A stretch of 64,000 bases of DNA, from the NCBI RefSeq assembly GCF_009914755.1, contig NC_060941.1; one strand, 5' to 3'. The notes under the pieces are model-generated. The model ran no database searches. It was not told where the DNA came from and worked only from the letters and a program-made list of their open reading frames with translations. Numbering within the stretch: the stretch's first letter is position 1; each line of letters opens with the position of its first letter. Below are positions 44,901-64,000 of the stretch, piece after piece. The position numbers and the translations under genes are program-made. The DNA is from the human T2T-CHM13v2.0 reference genome, Homo sapiens.

Positions 44901-45024
44901 TGACCCACCCGCCTCGGCCTCCCAAAGTGCTGGGATTACAGGCATGAGCCACCGCGCCCAGCTGGCTTGGGATGGACTTTTTAAAAAGACACTCAGGTTT
45001 GGAATGTGGAGATCAGGAGCTCAC

Positions 45025-45086
45025 CTTGTAAGACAAGCCACATTTCTGAGCTACCTCTTCCAGGTCTGCAGAAACCAGGTCCACCA
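45025..45086 (-). CDS. RAD51D: RAD51D exon 2 (VVDLVSADLEEVAQKCGLSYK)
   Basis: tttcag acceptor, AAG|GTGAG donor, 62 nt, in frame. Confidence 0.97.
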
Positions 45087-45179
45087 CTGAAAACAAAACA
45101 CGTATAGCGGATTGGCAGAGAGGACTGGGGCCTCCCACACTTGGTTTTTCCTCATCTGTCAAATGGGGTGTCAATTCTA

Positions 45180-45566
<387 letters not shown>

Positions 45567-45812
45567 TCACGTGGGCATTCGCGGGGGGTCCTCTCCAGAC
45601 GCCCCTCCCCTACCCCTTCCTAGAGAGGACACAGGCGCGCTGGCTGCCGGAGGAGAAAGGAGAGAGGAGGAGGCGGCACCAAGGGTAGGGCTGGGGGTCA
45701 TCCGCCCGCCCGGGATCCGCCGGGATTCCCGCGCCCAGAGCCCGCCCGCCGGGTCGCGCCGCGCTGCCGCTTCCGGGTTCCAGGCTGGCGCGCGGCGAGG
45801 ACCTGGCCTGCA

Positions 45813-45826
45813 GCGCCATCTGCGGG
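45813..45826 (-). promoter_or_regulatory. CTCF-like motif CCCGCAGATGGCGC
   Basis: 13/14 match to the CTCF core with GG and TG flanks. Confidence 0.6.
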
Positions 45827-47204
45827 CCGCACGGGGCAGAGCCGCTGCGCCCCTCTCCACCGCCTGCACAGGTTCCCGAGTCCCACGACCCCCTCCGCGC
45901 TCAACACGCCACCCGCGGCCACATTCGGCCTCTACCTTCTGCCGCAACACACACACCGACCTTCTAAAGAGCCTTCTGTGCGCCAGCTTCCGTTCCAAAC
46001 GGAACGGATCTCCGCTGGAGACAAAATGCGACACAAGACGACCCGCCCTTACCCCCAGGGAGCTTACTGTGAGCAAGGGAAAGACAGACAATGAAAAGGA
46101 ATCGCAGAAATCACATCATTACAGATTATACGACAGGTGTCAAGAAGCAGCAAAGCATCCAGAGGGCACCTGCGTCTATTTTTCAAAAGTTTGTTTTGTT
46201 TTGGTTGAGACAGGGTCTCGATCGGCCGCCCAGGCTGGAGTGCCCTGGTGAGATCTCAGCTTTGCAGCCTCGACCTCCTGGGTTCAAGCGATCCTCCTGC
46301 CTCAGCCTCCTGAGTAGCTGGGACTACAGTCACGTGCCACCTTGCCCAGCTAATTTTTGTATTTTTTGTAGAGGTTTCGCCTCTACAAAATGGGGTTACA
46401 CCATGTTGCCCACACAGGTCTCGAACTACTGGGCTCAAACAATCCTCCTGCCTTGGTCTCCCGAAGTGCGGGGATTACAGGTGTGAGCCACCGTGCCCGG
46501 CCTCTATTTTTTATTTTATTTTTTATTTTTTTTAAGGGCAAGAAACCTTGGTTATATAGAACACACACAAAAAGATATGATTTGGTATTTTTAAATGTCC
46601 TTTGCTTTGCCTCATCCATAGGAAGAAATAAAACTTTACATGGTTATCTCATCACAAATCTGTGAGGGAGGCGCTATTTTTTATCCCTGTTTCACCAATG
46701 AAGAAACTGAGGTTCAGTGAGGTTAAATCACTTGCCAAAGGTCACCCAGCTAGGCGGCACAGGGCTGGACTTCACATCCACATCTGACTCTGCAAAGCCA
46801 GTGCTTTCTAACAGCCCCCCTCCCCACCCCTGAAGCTGTGTACATGTTTTCCTACTGTAAGGTGGTTTCTCTGAGAGCAGAGATCATGTGTGGCCCATCT
46901 CTGTATCCCACTGCAACTGCCACCATTGTCACTCCACACAGGAAAGTACTTGGGAGTGTGGGTGTGGCACATTTAGAATTCTAGCAGTGAAGTCTGATCA
47001 TATGTGAGCCATGAACCCCTATGAACCATGTGGGCTTTCCCTTTCACTAACCGACTGGGCACAGTGGAGTCTGCAGCCTATGGTTTCAGGATAGAGAGCC
47101 TTAGCTTCTACGGACAAAGTTTCCCTCCCCAGCAGACACTTTCCAATACTGCCTATCTCTCAGGGCCACACCACCATCCTCTACATCCCACGCCCATCTC
47201 TCAC

Positions 47205-47295
47205 CATCCTTATTCTCCTTCCCAGGGCAGTGCGGAAGGACACAGGTGTCAGGCATTTTGAGATCTTCAGAGAAGGGCAGGGCTGCCATCACCAT
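47205..47295 (-). CDS. RAD51D: Candidate alternative first coding exon of RAD51D (MVMAALPFSEDLKMPDTCVLPHCPGKENKD)
   Basis: ATG at 47295, strong-Kozak second ATG two codons later, donor ATG|GTGAGA; 91 nt = phase 1 like exon 1, so in frame with exon 2. Confidence 0.5.
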
Positions 47296-47583
47296 GGAGT
47301 ATTAGAGCTGGAAGGGGCCCAAGGGCTCATGCAGTCTGTTCCTTGGTTTTACCCCTCTCATGATGCTGCTTCACAGTCACACTGGCCCTTGGTCTGGCCA
47401 GCCACATAGCTAGCCTGGCAGCAGTAGCCTCAAATCAAGGGGGGAGGCTGGCCTGTAATTGTTACACTCTGTGATGATTATGAAGTCAGCTCATTGCACC
47501 TGCAGACTGTCCAAACTAAAGGTGGGCCACTGCCCCCACAGTTTCTCTCTGCTTCTGGTCAGCTGGGTTGTCCTGCATGGTGA

Positions 47584-47817
<234 letters not shown>

Positions 47818-47901
47818 TAAGTCACAAATCTGGTCCCTCCCTCCCTCCCTCCCTCCCTCCCTTCCTTCCTCCCTTCCTTCCTCCCTTCCTTCCTTCCTTC
47901 C

Positions 47902-52712
<4,811 letters not shown>

Positions 52713-52928
52713 AGGATCTTATTAAAGATGCGGATTCTCTAGTCCCATGCTAACTGGGGACCAGGGACTAAAAGTCTGCATTTTTAGTAAGTGCCCTGGT
52801 GAGTCTAATGCAATGCTATAGAGCAATGAGGCTGTTCCAAGCTGTTTGCAAATGGCTGGGGATGCTGGTAAGTCAGGCCCAAGGCCTGCCCTCAGGTGGA
52901 ACGGGCTGGGGTGGCCTCCTTCATCTGA

Positions 52929-53507
<579 letters not shown>

Positions 53508-54572
53508 TAGGAAAAGTTCAGAGCAAGTGCCACCAGGAATTCAGAGGGAAAGATATTTCCAGATGCGGGAATAAGCTTGGTGGCTTTTGGTAACATCTGA
53601 GCTGGGATGTAGAGGTAGCATGTAAACATCTAGAGGTGGAGGAGGGAGGCATTCCCTGGAGGGGCGGACCCTAGCAAAAGCTCACAGGAAAGTGAGGGAG
53701 GAAATCTCAATTTGAACAAGATGGTAGGTGATCTGTAGGAACATGAAAGCGTGAGAAGCCCTGGATGAGGACCTGGGATCGAGTGAGGCTACTCAGAATT
53801 GCTGGGCCTCCTCCCTAGAGGGTCTAGGGTGAAGCCTGATAATTTGCATTAGTAACAGATTCCCAGAGGATGCTGTGGCTCCCCGTCCGCGGGCTACACG
53901 TCGAACAACACCGTCCTACACTATGGGAAGTGAAGACAGGGGACAGGATGGGGAATGTTAGTCTGGGATCATCTTCCAGAGTCCTCCAGTGTTAGACTAC
54001 TTTATAGACTTTTCTGTAAGTAATAGGGAACAGCTTTGTAAAAAGCTTCACATCAGATGATGAAAGCAATTCGAGCTGTATCTTGGGAGGATGCCTGGAA
54101 TTCCACTGTTGGATGGCCCAGAGCAGTGTTTCTCAAAGTGCTCTCCAGATGGACAATGTCAGCATCACTCAGCAAATTGTTACAAATTTAAATTCTCATC
54201 TCCCTCCACCACATTTGGGCCTCCTGAGTCAGAAACTGTTGGGGCGGAGCCCAGTAATCTATCTTTTAATAAGTCCTCCAGGGTATTCTAATGCACACCA
54301 AGTTTGACAAACACTGGCCTAGATGGAGGAGAAACCAGACAGGAGGCAGCAGGCCCAGAAATCTGCAGTTACAAAATCTCCCTGAGATGCTTAGCCAGGC
54401 TTGGCAACCATTGTAGTACAAAGTGTATGGGCTCTGGAGCTATGGGTTTGAACACTGGCTGTCACTTAATTGCCGTATGATGATGGACCAGTCACTTGCC
54501 CTCTCTGGACCTAGTCGATAAGATGATCTCTAAGGTCCCTCTCAGCTAACAGAGTCTAGACAGAGTCTAGAA

Positions 54573-55088
54573 CCAACCTTTTTGGCACCAGGGACTGGTT
54601 TCATGGAAGATAATTTTTCCATGGATCCGGTTGGGGGGATGGTTTCAGGATGAGTCAAGCATATTACATTTATTGTGTACTTTATTTCTATTATTATTAC
54701 ATTGTAATATATAATGAAATAATTATACAACTCACCATAATGTAGAAACTGTGGGAGCCCTGAGCTTGTTTTCCTGCAACGAGAGGGTCCCATTTGGGGG
54801 TGATGGGAGACAATGACAGATCATCAGGCATTAGATTCTCATAAGGAGCATTCAACTTAGATCCCTCCCATACAATTCACAATAGGGTTCACGTGCCTAT
54901 GGGAATCTAATGCCTCTGCTGATCTGACAGGAGGCAGAGCTCAGGTGGTACCCTGAGCCGTGGGGAGCAGCTGTAAATACAGATGAAGCTTCGCTTGCTC
55001 GCCCACCAATCTCCTCCTGCTGTGCTATCCAGTTCCTAACAGGCCATGGACTGCTATCAGTTGGTGGCCCAAGGGTTGAGGACCCCTG
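54573..55088 (+). mobile_element. MER1A hAT-Charlie DNA transposon, left terminus truncated
   Basis: CCAACCTTTTTGGCACCAGGGAC ... GGTTGAGGACCCCTG follows the MER1A consensus over ~515 bp. Confidence 0.88.
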
Positions 55089-55334
55089 GCGTATAAGAAA
55101 TATGGAATGAGGGTGTACCCTAAAGTGGGTGGGGCTGCCCAGGAGAGTAGTACATGCTTCGGGGCAGGGGTTCCACACTCAGTGCTGCAGTACCTTGCAC
55201 CTTCCATCTGACCTGCCTGGGCCCCAGCAGGAGCAGGGGATGGGCATGGGACGTCCTGACCCCAGTTGGGAGGGTGAAGGGACAGGAAGGACAGGACATA
55301 TCTGAGGAAGCCTCGGGGCTCTCTCTTCCCCTAG

Positions 55335-55739
<405 letters not shown>

Positions 55740-56128
55740 TAAGGATTAAGCCACTCTGGGGCCCACTAGGAATGCAAACGAATGTATTTTTCAACATCAC
55801 TATAATGTTCCCCTTCCAAAGCCATTGGTTTTTAGACTCTGCAATTCAGTGCCCATGATTGTGAGTAGGCTGGGAAGTCAAGGGCATTGAAAGAAATAGG
55901 GAAGACAAGAGGCTAAAGGGGGACGAAGAAGGGAACAGCCTGGGTATGGGGTAGGGGTATGGGGGTATAGAGGCCTGAGTACAGACAGCCCTTTGGTTGG
56001 AAATATCCCATAATGAGGAGGTACAGGCTTGAGTCATGCATCTTTGCACCTGTTTCCTGCGTCAATGGCTAGGTTGGATAAGGCTGTTTAAGGTCTGAGT
56101 CAGCAGACAGAAAAAAAAGGGGTGATAG

Positions 56129-56347
<219 letters not shown>

Positions 56348-56619
56348 GGGGGAGGGCCCCAGGACACCCCTCACCTACTTTCAGCTTCAACCCCAGGCCC
56401 TCAGAAACCAGAGCCATGAGACCTACCATACCACCAGCACCCTGCGGGCCCGGGGTCTGGCAGAGTGGTATGGGCACCCCACCCCTGGGCTGGGGCCAAG
56501 GCTACATAGGGGCCCCATTCACCTGGAGGCATCTCAGGCCAGGCCATGCCAGGCTCAGCCACTGCCCACAGCTGCTAGACTCCCTCCTCCTCCAAATCTG
56601 GGCTGGGTCTAGGTCCCTC

Positions 56620-56625
56620 ATTAAA
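56620..56625 (+). terminator. FNDC8: FNDC8 polyadenylation signal ATTAAA
   Basis: common variant hexamer ~270 nt after the stop. Confidence 0.6.
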
Positions 56626-58349
56626 GAACTGCAGGTCATCCAGCACCCTAAAGTCTGCTTTATGCTGCAGACAGCCTCAGATGGGCTGGCTGGCACCCAC
56701 CTCCTAGCTTCCACCAGGACAGAGTCTACATGGGTGGGGAGATAGAAAACAGGCAGCTAGGCAATAGGATGCTGCCATCACCCCTTCCCCAGTGGGGCGG
56801 GGTAGGGGAACAGGGAGACTGGTGCTCTAAGACTAAAAGGCTCTTACACCAGAAAAATACAGAAATAGCTGTCATGGACAGACGTGGTGGCCCATGAACT
56901 GTCAAACTAGCTTGAGCTCTGGACGGAGGGATGTGGTACAAAGTGCACAATAAGCTTTGGGGCAGGGCCTGGTTTAATCCCAGCTTTCTCTTACTAGATG
57001 TGAGGGCATGGGCTAATCATTTCTTATGTTGTTTCCTCATCAAAAGTTTTGGAGCTTGAGAACCTTCCAGGCCTGGTGCAGTCTGAGAGCACAGCAGACA
57101 AACAGCTGGCACCAAGGAGCTCAGTGGCTGATAGTTTTGTTCGCTTCTTATGTAGCCTCACTGCAGATATGTGCAAGGTGGAGGCCAAGCACCACAGCTA
57201 GGTGACGCGCAAAACCCAAAAGCACAGACAAGGGTGGAGGAGGGTAAGAAGGAGCAAGATGCTAGTTCTGAGCAGTTTATACAAGGATGGTTTGGAAATC
57301 CAATCTGAGTAGTTCAGACCATGACCCTGCTTAGCATGGGATGCAGGAGAAAGCAGAGGCAGGGTACATTCAGGGCAAGATCTCGGCCTGGGGTCTGAGT
57401 CCTGATGGGAATTCCTTTCACTGCTTGAAAGTTCTCGTGGCAAAGAACTTCCTCTGTATCAACAATACCCACTTCTGCTCAGAGCTCATACTGCTGCCTC
57501 CCCATCTGAGGGAATCCTCTGGAAGAGCCATCACCTTCCCCGCTCTATCCCATGGGCCCAGGGCAGTGCTTGGTGCCTGGCAGGGCCTCAAGCAGTGTGC
57601 TATGCGAAGGCAGAGGCATCCCCTGGAGCAGGGCTGACCAGCAGAACTCTCTTGATGATGAAAACCTTTCTGTGTGCTGTCCAATACTGGAGGCCTTACC
57701 CAGTGCGATGGAGGAACTGCACTTCTATTTCATGCCAGCAGTCACATGTGGCCGGTGCCTACTGCAGTGGACAACAATACAGCCCTAGATTCTCCTTGGC
57801 CACTATCACAACTGGCCTCTCTCTTACCAACACGGGGGAAGAGAGGGAAGGCAAGTGCCTGGTCAGTGTGGTTTTGGCGTAGTCCAGTGCAAGGGCGGGG
57901 GCTGGACAATCTCATTTAGCACAGTCCTTGATTGAGTCATGGGGATTCTAGGACAAGGAATTAGAACCCAACACACAAAACTTAAGTTACTTATTTGGTC
58001 ATAGAACCTGGGATCTGACCCTGTACAGAGCTGACACTAGGGGCCCACTCATAGAGCCTGGCTGCCCACCACCCCTGTCTGTACCAGCAAGGTACAGAGT
58101 AGCAGACACGGGCCAAGTTCAGTGACAACTTCCTGTGACCTTCGATTTCTGGCTCTGGGGTGTGCCACAGGCGGGGATCTGTGGGAAAACCCCATTCCGG
58201 TCTATCGAGGACAGCAGGCCACACGCATTCTCAGGTCCCCACTGGTGGGGAGGGTGTGTGCACTGCCATCTCAGCCTTTGTTCTCTGGCAGGGAAGGCAG
58301 CTGGCAGAGGCCGAGTCGAGGTGGGGGTCAGAGAGAACTTCGGGCCGTC

Positions 58350-58362
58350 TCATCTCCTCCAT
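58350..58362 (-). CDS. NLE1: NLE1 terminal exon coding part (IWRR*)
   Basis: ccacag acceptor then A TGG AGG AGA TGA completing the last WD40 repeat. Confidence 0.92.
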
Positions 58363-58765
58363 CTGTGGAGAAGGGAAGGGTGTCAGGATGGGGATTCCAC
58401 CTTAGGAAAGGGAGGCCGTCATATAATCCCAGTGTCAACAGACGGACGGCCTGTGGTCCACCCTCAGAGTCACCAAGAGCCAGGTGACCGTCCCTGCTCT
58501 GCCCACCCAAACTCAGGCTGCCCACTCACTGCCTGCTGCCACCAGGACCTCCACCCAGGGCCTGGCCCTCGGGATGCCCACCAGCAAACAGTCACAATCC
58601 CTTATAAGCACACAACACTTTGTCTTCCAGAGTGTTGACCCTCCTATTTTTGATCCTGTCTGTGAAGGTTTGATAATTCCCAAGAGACTGATTAACCAAG
58701 TTCTCTGTGATTACTCCATGGCAGAACCAGGATTTGAACTCAGGTCTTGCGACTCTGAAGTCTAG

Positions 58766-58936
58766 TGACAGAAAGACCTGGATGCGCCCTCTACAAGGTG
58801 TCCTGTGGCCCCTGTTGTTCCGGTGGCCCTCCCACTTGCCCACTGACAGAAAGACCTGGACGCGCCCTCTACGAGGTGTCCTGTGGCCTCTGTTGTTCCG
58901 GTGGCCCTCCCACTTGTGGCCCTCCCACTTGCCCAC
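58766..58936. repeat. Two-copy 78-bp tandem repeat with a nested 15-bp duplication
   Basis: units start at 58766 and 58844; GTGGCCCTCCCACTT doubled at 58901-58930. Confidence 0.95.
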
Positions 58937-59083
58937 TGAGAATCTGGCTCCACACGCCTCCTCAAGACAGTCTGAGCACCTGGACGGCCCTGCGGAATTC
59001 TATGCTGTAAGGGAAAGTGTGCACAGAAGGACCTTAGGGGTAGGAGGGCTGTGTATGCCAACCACCACTTCCCCCACACTCAC

Positions 59084-59154
59084 ATCCGGAGGCATTTGTC
59101 CTTCCCACCACTTGCCACTCTCTGGCCATCTGGACTCCAGTCAACAGCATATAC
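59084..59154 (-). CDS. NLE1: NLE1 exon 12 (VYAVDWSPDGQRVASGGKDKCLR)
   Basis: tag acceptor, GAT|GTGAGT donor, 71 nt. Confidence 0.96.
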
Positions 59155-59251
59155 CTAAAGGGAGGCAGAGGAAGGCAGGTGGGGTGGTGAGAGGGAGACA
59201 GCCAGCCAGGCTCCAATCCCAGTCCCTCCTTTGCCTGAGGGTTGGCCCTAC

Positions 59252-59411
59252 CTCATCCGCGTGGCCGGGCAGGTCCATGGCCAGCTTCTGGGCCTTCACA
59301 TCCCACACCTTCAGTGTGCTGTCACTGCTGCCGCTGACCAGGAGCCGACTGTCAGCTGACCACGCAATCTGGTACACGGCAGCCACGTGGCCGCGTAGGG
59401 AAGCCAGGTAC
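59252..59411 (-). CDS. NLE1: NLE1 exon 11 (YLASLRGHVAAVYQIAWSADSRLLVSGSSDSTLKVWD...GHADE)
   Basis: cag acceptor, GAG|GTAGG donor, 160 nt. Confidence 0.96.
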
Positions 59412-60310
59412 CTGGTCCAGGAGAAGACGATGATGGATTTTAGTCTGAGTTACATCTTTCAACACGTCTGAAGGGTCCCCTACGCTCATGGCAGTGGTTC
59501 TCAACCTCGGCTGTCTGTTAGAAATACCTGGGAACCTTTACAAAATCACACTGCCTGGTCCCCATCCCAGACCATTTTTAATCATTACCAGTCATTACAA
59601 TTTGTAAAACTTCTCCAAATGAGTAGCTTCTAGCATGCCTCTTGCTTGCCCTCCATACCTGCACAACTTTGCATGCCTTAGACTCCAACGTGGCCATCTG
59701 CTTAGCCCATCTGCCTGTCATCCCCCCAAACAGCAAGTGCCTGCTGACAGGTGGCATGGAGTAACAGTGGGCCCACTGAACTTTCACGTCAACACAGTCT
59801 AGCTGTTTCTCTTTGGACAAACCATCAGGCCTCTCTGAGACTCATTTTCCTTATTTTAAAAAGGAACCCAATTACCTATCTTAAAGGGTTGCTGTGTGAA
59901 AACACAGTGACGTCACTAACGCAGAGGTCCCCCCTTCAGCCCTAACAAGGTTTCCCTGGCTCTTTTTCTCCCCCTTGCCTGTGCCTTTGCCTCTCCTCTA
60001 ATCCGATTAACCCCAAGAGCACTGTGCCTCATCACACCAAGGGTTCCCATACTTGAGTGGGTAGCAGAGTCACCTGGTAACTTTGTTAAAATGAAGAATC
60101 AGATCCACAAGGTCTGAGTTGGGGCCAGGACTCTGCATTTCTATCAAGCTCCCAGGTGATGCTGATGCCGCTGGTCTGTGGCCCACACTTTGAGGAGGGC
60201 CAAGTAACAATTGTACCACAAGCCTACCTACCACCACTTCACCTTCTCCAGGGCTACAGCCCTACCTCTTCAGCAGCTAGCTCTAAGATCACTTCTCTCC
60301 TAAGACATAA

Positions 60311-60995
<685 letters not shown>

Positions 60996-61161
60996 CACCT
61001 TGTAACAAAGCTGAGAGGTAGGGGGTCTGCATATTACCAAAGAGGAAACAGTGGCTTAGAAAATCCAAACACCTGCCAAGGCCATACAGCTAGTAAGTGG
61101 CAGTGCCAAGCCCCTCCCACCATTCACTCCTTACAGAGAAGCAGTACCCACCCCTACTCAC

Positions 61162-61364
61162 TTGCCCGTCCTGCCATCCCACAGCTTGATGGACTTGTCA
61201 AAGGAGGCACTAGCCACGATGCGGGAGTCAGGAGAGAAGAGCACCTGGTTGATGAGAGCTTGGTGTCCTGTCATCCGAGTGAGAGGCTTTTTGTCCTCTG
61301 CTGGGGACCACAGGAATAAGGTGAAGTCGTCGGAGCCAGACACCAGCCTCTCTGGACCCTGGCC
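61162..61364 (-). CDS. NLE1: NLE1 exon 10 (GQGPERLVSGSDDFTLFLW...IKLWDGRTG)
   Basis: tag acceptor, CAA|GTGAGT donor, 203 nt. Confidence 0.96.
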
Positions 61365-62081
61365 CTAGGGGAGGCAGAAAGCACACTGTGTTGGGTGTGG
61401 TCTCAGAAAGAAGGAGGAGGGCCCGACTTTGGCAGCAAGCATACACCCTGATTACTCAATGCCAGGGACAGAGAGAGGCCAGCGCTAGGAGCAATGAGGA
61501 CTGGCTTGGCCACTCACTCGCATGTGACCCCAGGCAAGTCACTTCATCCAAAAGGAAAAAGAAACTCTACATGCATGTAGAAAAAAATTTTAAGATACAT
61601 AATTACAGAAAAAGGCACAAAATAATGTGTTAAAAGAAGGATTTTATGTATGTATGCATGTGTGTGTGTGCTTATACATATATACTGTATATAGACACGT
61701 GTCTGTATATTAAATCTCTGGAAGGTGATTCAGGATACTGGTGGCACTGGATGCTACAATAGAGACGGGAGACTCCGCGATCTACCTTTTGTATTTTTTG
61801 AACGTGAATGTGTGAACAATCTTAAACAACAAATTAAAGTAAAAAAGAAGCATGTTGGAAATGTAATAAATAGACAAGCAAATAAACTAAACAAAAAACG
61901 AAATAAAATGATCTCTAGCACATTAGTATTTTAGGATTGCAAACTAGGATTATGAAGAACAACTTTTTGGAATAGGTACATTCTGAGCTGGGTCTAGAAG
62001 GGAGAAGGGTCTGAGAGGGTTTTAGTGATTGGCTAAGGACTGGTACAGAGCTAGGGGTGCACGTGGCTGGCACACACTCAC

Positions 62082-62128
62082 CCGCACGAGGTTGTATCGG
62101 CTCAGAGCCCTCTCCTTCAACTCCTGCA
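62082..62128 (-). CDS. NLE1: NLE1 exon 9 (LQELKERALSRYNLVR)
   Basis: cag acceptor, CGG|GTGAGT donor, 47 nt. Confidence 0.93.
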
Positions 62129-62274
62129 CTGTGACCAGGTACCGGAGGGGAGAAAAGGAGATGAGGAAGAAGGCCGATAAGAAAATCCAACACAAAGAGC
62201 AAACACTCCCCATTAAGCTTGAGAACTGGCTCCTTCCCAATCAGCCCCCGCTCTTCCTTCTCCCAATCACTCAC

Positions 62275-62410
62275 AGGATCCTTGGAGGTCTTGGGGATTA
62301 ACTGAGGCCTCAGCAGGTTCAAAGGCCCCAGTGCGCAGGGCATAGTCAGTGCTGAGGGCCATGGTGTTCACCCAGTGGCCGTGGCCTTGCAGAGTCCGGC
62401 ACAGCACACC
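62275..62410 (-). CDS. NLE1: NLE1 exon 8 (GVLCRTLQGHGHWVNTMALSTDYALRTGAFEP...LQGS)
   Basis: tag acceptor, CCT|GTGAGT donor, 136 nt. Confidence 0.95.
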
Positions 62411-62913
62411 CTACGGGAGAGCGAGTCAGGTCAGACACACACACTCCTCCCCACGCCTGGGCGATTAGCCCCAGGAGACAGGTGGTACAAGACTAATAAT
62501 CATCATCACTCATGCATTGTGATCTTAATCAAACTACCCCTCTGGGGTCAAGTCTCTCCCCACTTGTAAAATGGAGTCCAGATCATGAAAATGTTTCATG
62601 GAAGAGGAGTTAGGGATGTCAGAGTAAACGGCTCCTGTCCAATACATTTGGGATATGGTAGATCTGATAAAGCCCAACAGCTGTCCTACAGGAGGAATTT
62701 CCAGAGTGTGACGATCTCATGGGGACTCTGCAATCTCCACTATGGTGCAGCACCAACCACAGAACTCCTCATTCCCAAAACACCTCCCTAGACCAGGGCT
62801 CCCAGCACACATCTGGGAAACACTGGACTCGCTGATGTCAAGGTCATTCTGAGTGCCAGCATCTTGTGACTTGCGATTTTCTGGACTGGTTTCTGAACCC
62901 TCCCAGCACTTAC

Positions 62914-63106
62914 GTCATGAGCTCTCCAGACTTTGATGGTGCGGTCCTGGGAGGCAGAGTAGAGAAGCCCGTCCCCTCCCCACCGGAGACAGGTGACCGA
63001 CTGGGTGTGCCCGGTGAGGATGCGCTCACAGCGGCCTGCAGTTGTGTCCCAGATCCGCACACTGCCATCCTTGGAGCTGCTGGCCACATAGCGGCACTCA
63101 GGGTTC
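62914..63106 (-). CDS. NLE1: NLE1 exon 7 (NPECRYVASSSKDGSVRIWD...IKVWRAHD)
   Basis: cag acceptor, GAC|GTAAGT donor, 193 nt; WD40 peptide in ORF 62788..63087. Confidence 0.96.
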
Positions 63107-63455
63107 CTGGAGAGAAGGGAGATGTGACCTCATCTGTGACCTGGCAACATCTGTGTGCCCATGGCACCTCCCCATTCCCAACTTAAAGGCCATGGACAAT
63201 CTTTTGACAGCTTTTCTGACACCAAGACCCGGCTGCACTGCAAGGTGACTGCAACCAGCAGACCCTGTGATGAGAGCCTCTCCCAAGCAGCAATGCAGGT
63301 CTGCCCGAGACCCTTCTCCCATGCCTGCCAAGCCATCACGGTCATTCAGGCTGCCCATCTTGTCCCCTCACGTAAAACTTCTATGCATTGGGCAGGGAAA
63401 GGGGATGGCTTTGATCCCCTGGCTCATTTGTCCCAGCTCCGTCAGTGTCACTTAC

Positions 63456-63553
63456 GCATGGAGGGGCTCCCAGCTCAGGCCTGTGATCCACTTGCTGTGG
63501 CCAGCGAGGGTCCTGCCCACCTGCTTCCCTGTGCTTGGGTCCCAGAGGAGAAT
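63456..63553 (-). CDS. NLE1: NLE1 exon 6 (ILLWDPSTGKQVGRTLAGHSKWITGLSWEPLH)
   Basis: cag acceptor, GC|GTAAG donor, 98 nt. Confidence 0.95.
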
Positions 63554-63726
63554 CTGAAGGACAGAAGCTCACTGAATAATCCTCCCCAACAGGTCTCTGG
63601 CTCCACCAAAATCCCTGCCTACCACTTCCCACCCAACCCTCCCCAAAGACTCCTGAACCTGATTCTGAACTGTCTCCTAGGAAGGCCCCCTTGAGTCTCT
63701 GCCTAGTTACCCTGAGAACTACCTAC

Positions 63727-63803
63727 CTGGCCATTCTTGCAGCCTGAGGCCAGCTTCCTGCCATCTGGAGACCAGGATATACTAAGGACCCAGTGTCTGT
63801 GTC
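63727..63803 (-). CDS. NLE1: NLE1 exon 5 (GHRHWVLSISWSPDGRKLASGCKNGQ)
   Basis: WD40 repeat; tag acceptor, CAG|GTAGG donor, 77 nt. Confidence 0.95.
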
Positions 63804-64000
63804 CTAAGAAAGCAGAGGAGGGAGAAATAAGGGACTACATCTGTCTTTATCCCAAGTGCCCAGCAGTGACTGTCAGGTGCCAGGTACTCCTTAACCATTT
63901 GAATAAATGAATGATTGAACAAAAGGAGCGATGAGGCTTTCTGGGGATGGATAGAATGCACCCCAAGTGTTAGAGCTCTGCATCTTGCTGCATGGATAAC

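Noticed and set aside
45989-46008. 8-bp perfect hairpin TCCGTTCC-aaac-GGAACGGA upstream of RAD51D
   Set aside because: Short enough to occur by chance in 64 kb; no supporting context.
58707-59471. 254-aa ORF with internal peptide repeats
   Set aside because: Non-ATG start; repeats come from the 78-bp DNA duplication and the rest is antisense to NLE1 exons 11-12.

Overview
Human genomic DNA, recognisable from exon translations as the 17q12 block RFFL(5' end)-RAD51D-FNDC8-NLE1. Minus strand: NLE1 coding exons 5-13 (63803->58350; the gene start is outside the window), the complete 10-exon RAD51D CDS (45527->26866, 328 aa) plus an alternative 179-nt exon 3, and a CpG-island promoter with a non-coding first exon of RFFL (~15.0-15.3 kb), followed by ~15 kb of RFFL 5' intron. 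Plus strand: the complete 4-exon FNDC8 CDS (47608->56347, 324 aa), head-to-head with RAD51D and tail-to-tail with NLE1. All listed splice junctions are GT-AG and keep frame. The rest is Alu-dense, with L1, MIR, hAT DNA transposons, a solo ERV1 LTR, an RPL37 processed pseudogene and a truncated U6 copy. Almost all ORF-track entries are Alu or GC-content artefacts. I see no new multi-gene system. The best leads are: (1) a double-hairpin short-RNA-like element joined to the RPL37 retrocopy inside one target-site duplication; (2) an in-frame alternative first coding exon for RAD51D next to the FNDC8 promoter; (3) uAUGs in frame with RAD51D behind a single UGA-C; (4) transposon-supplied splice and poly(A) signals; (5) small tandem duplications that doubled AP-1-like and CTCF-like motifs.
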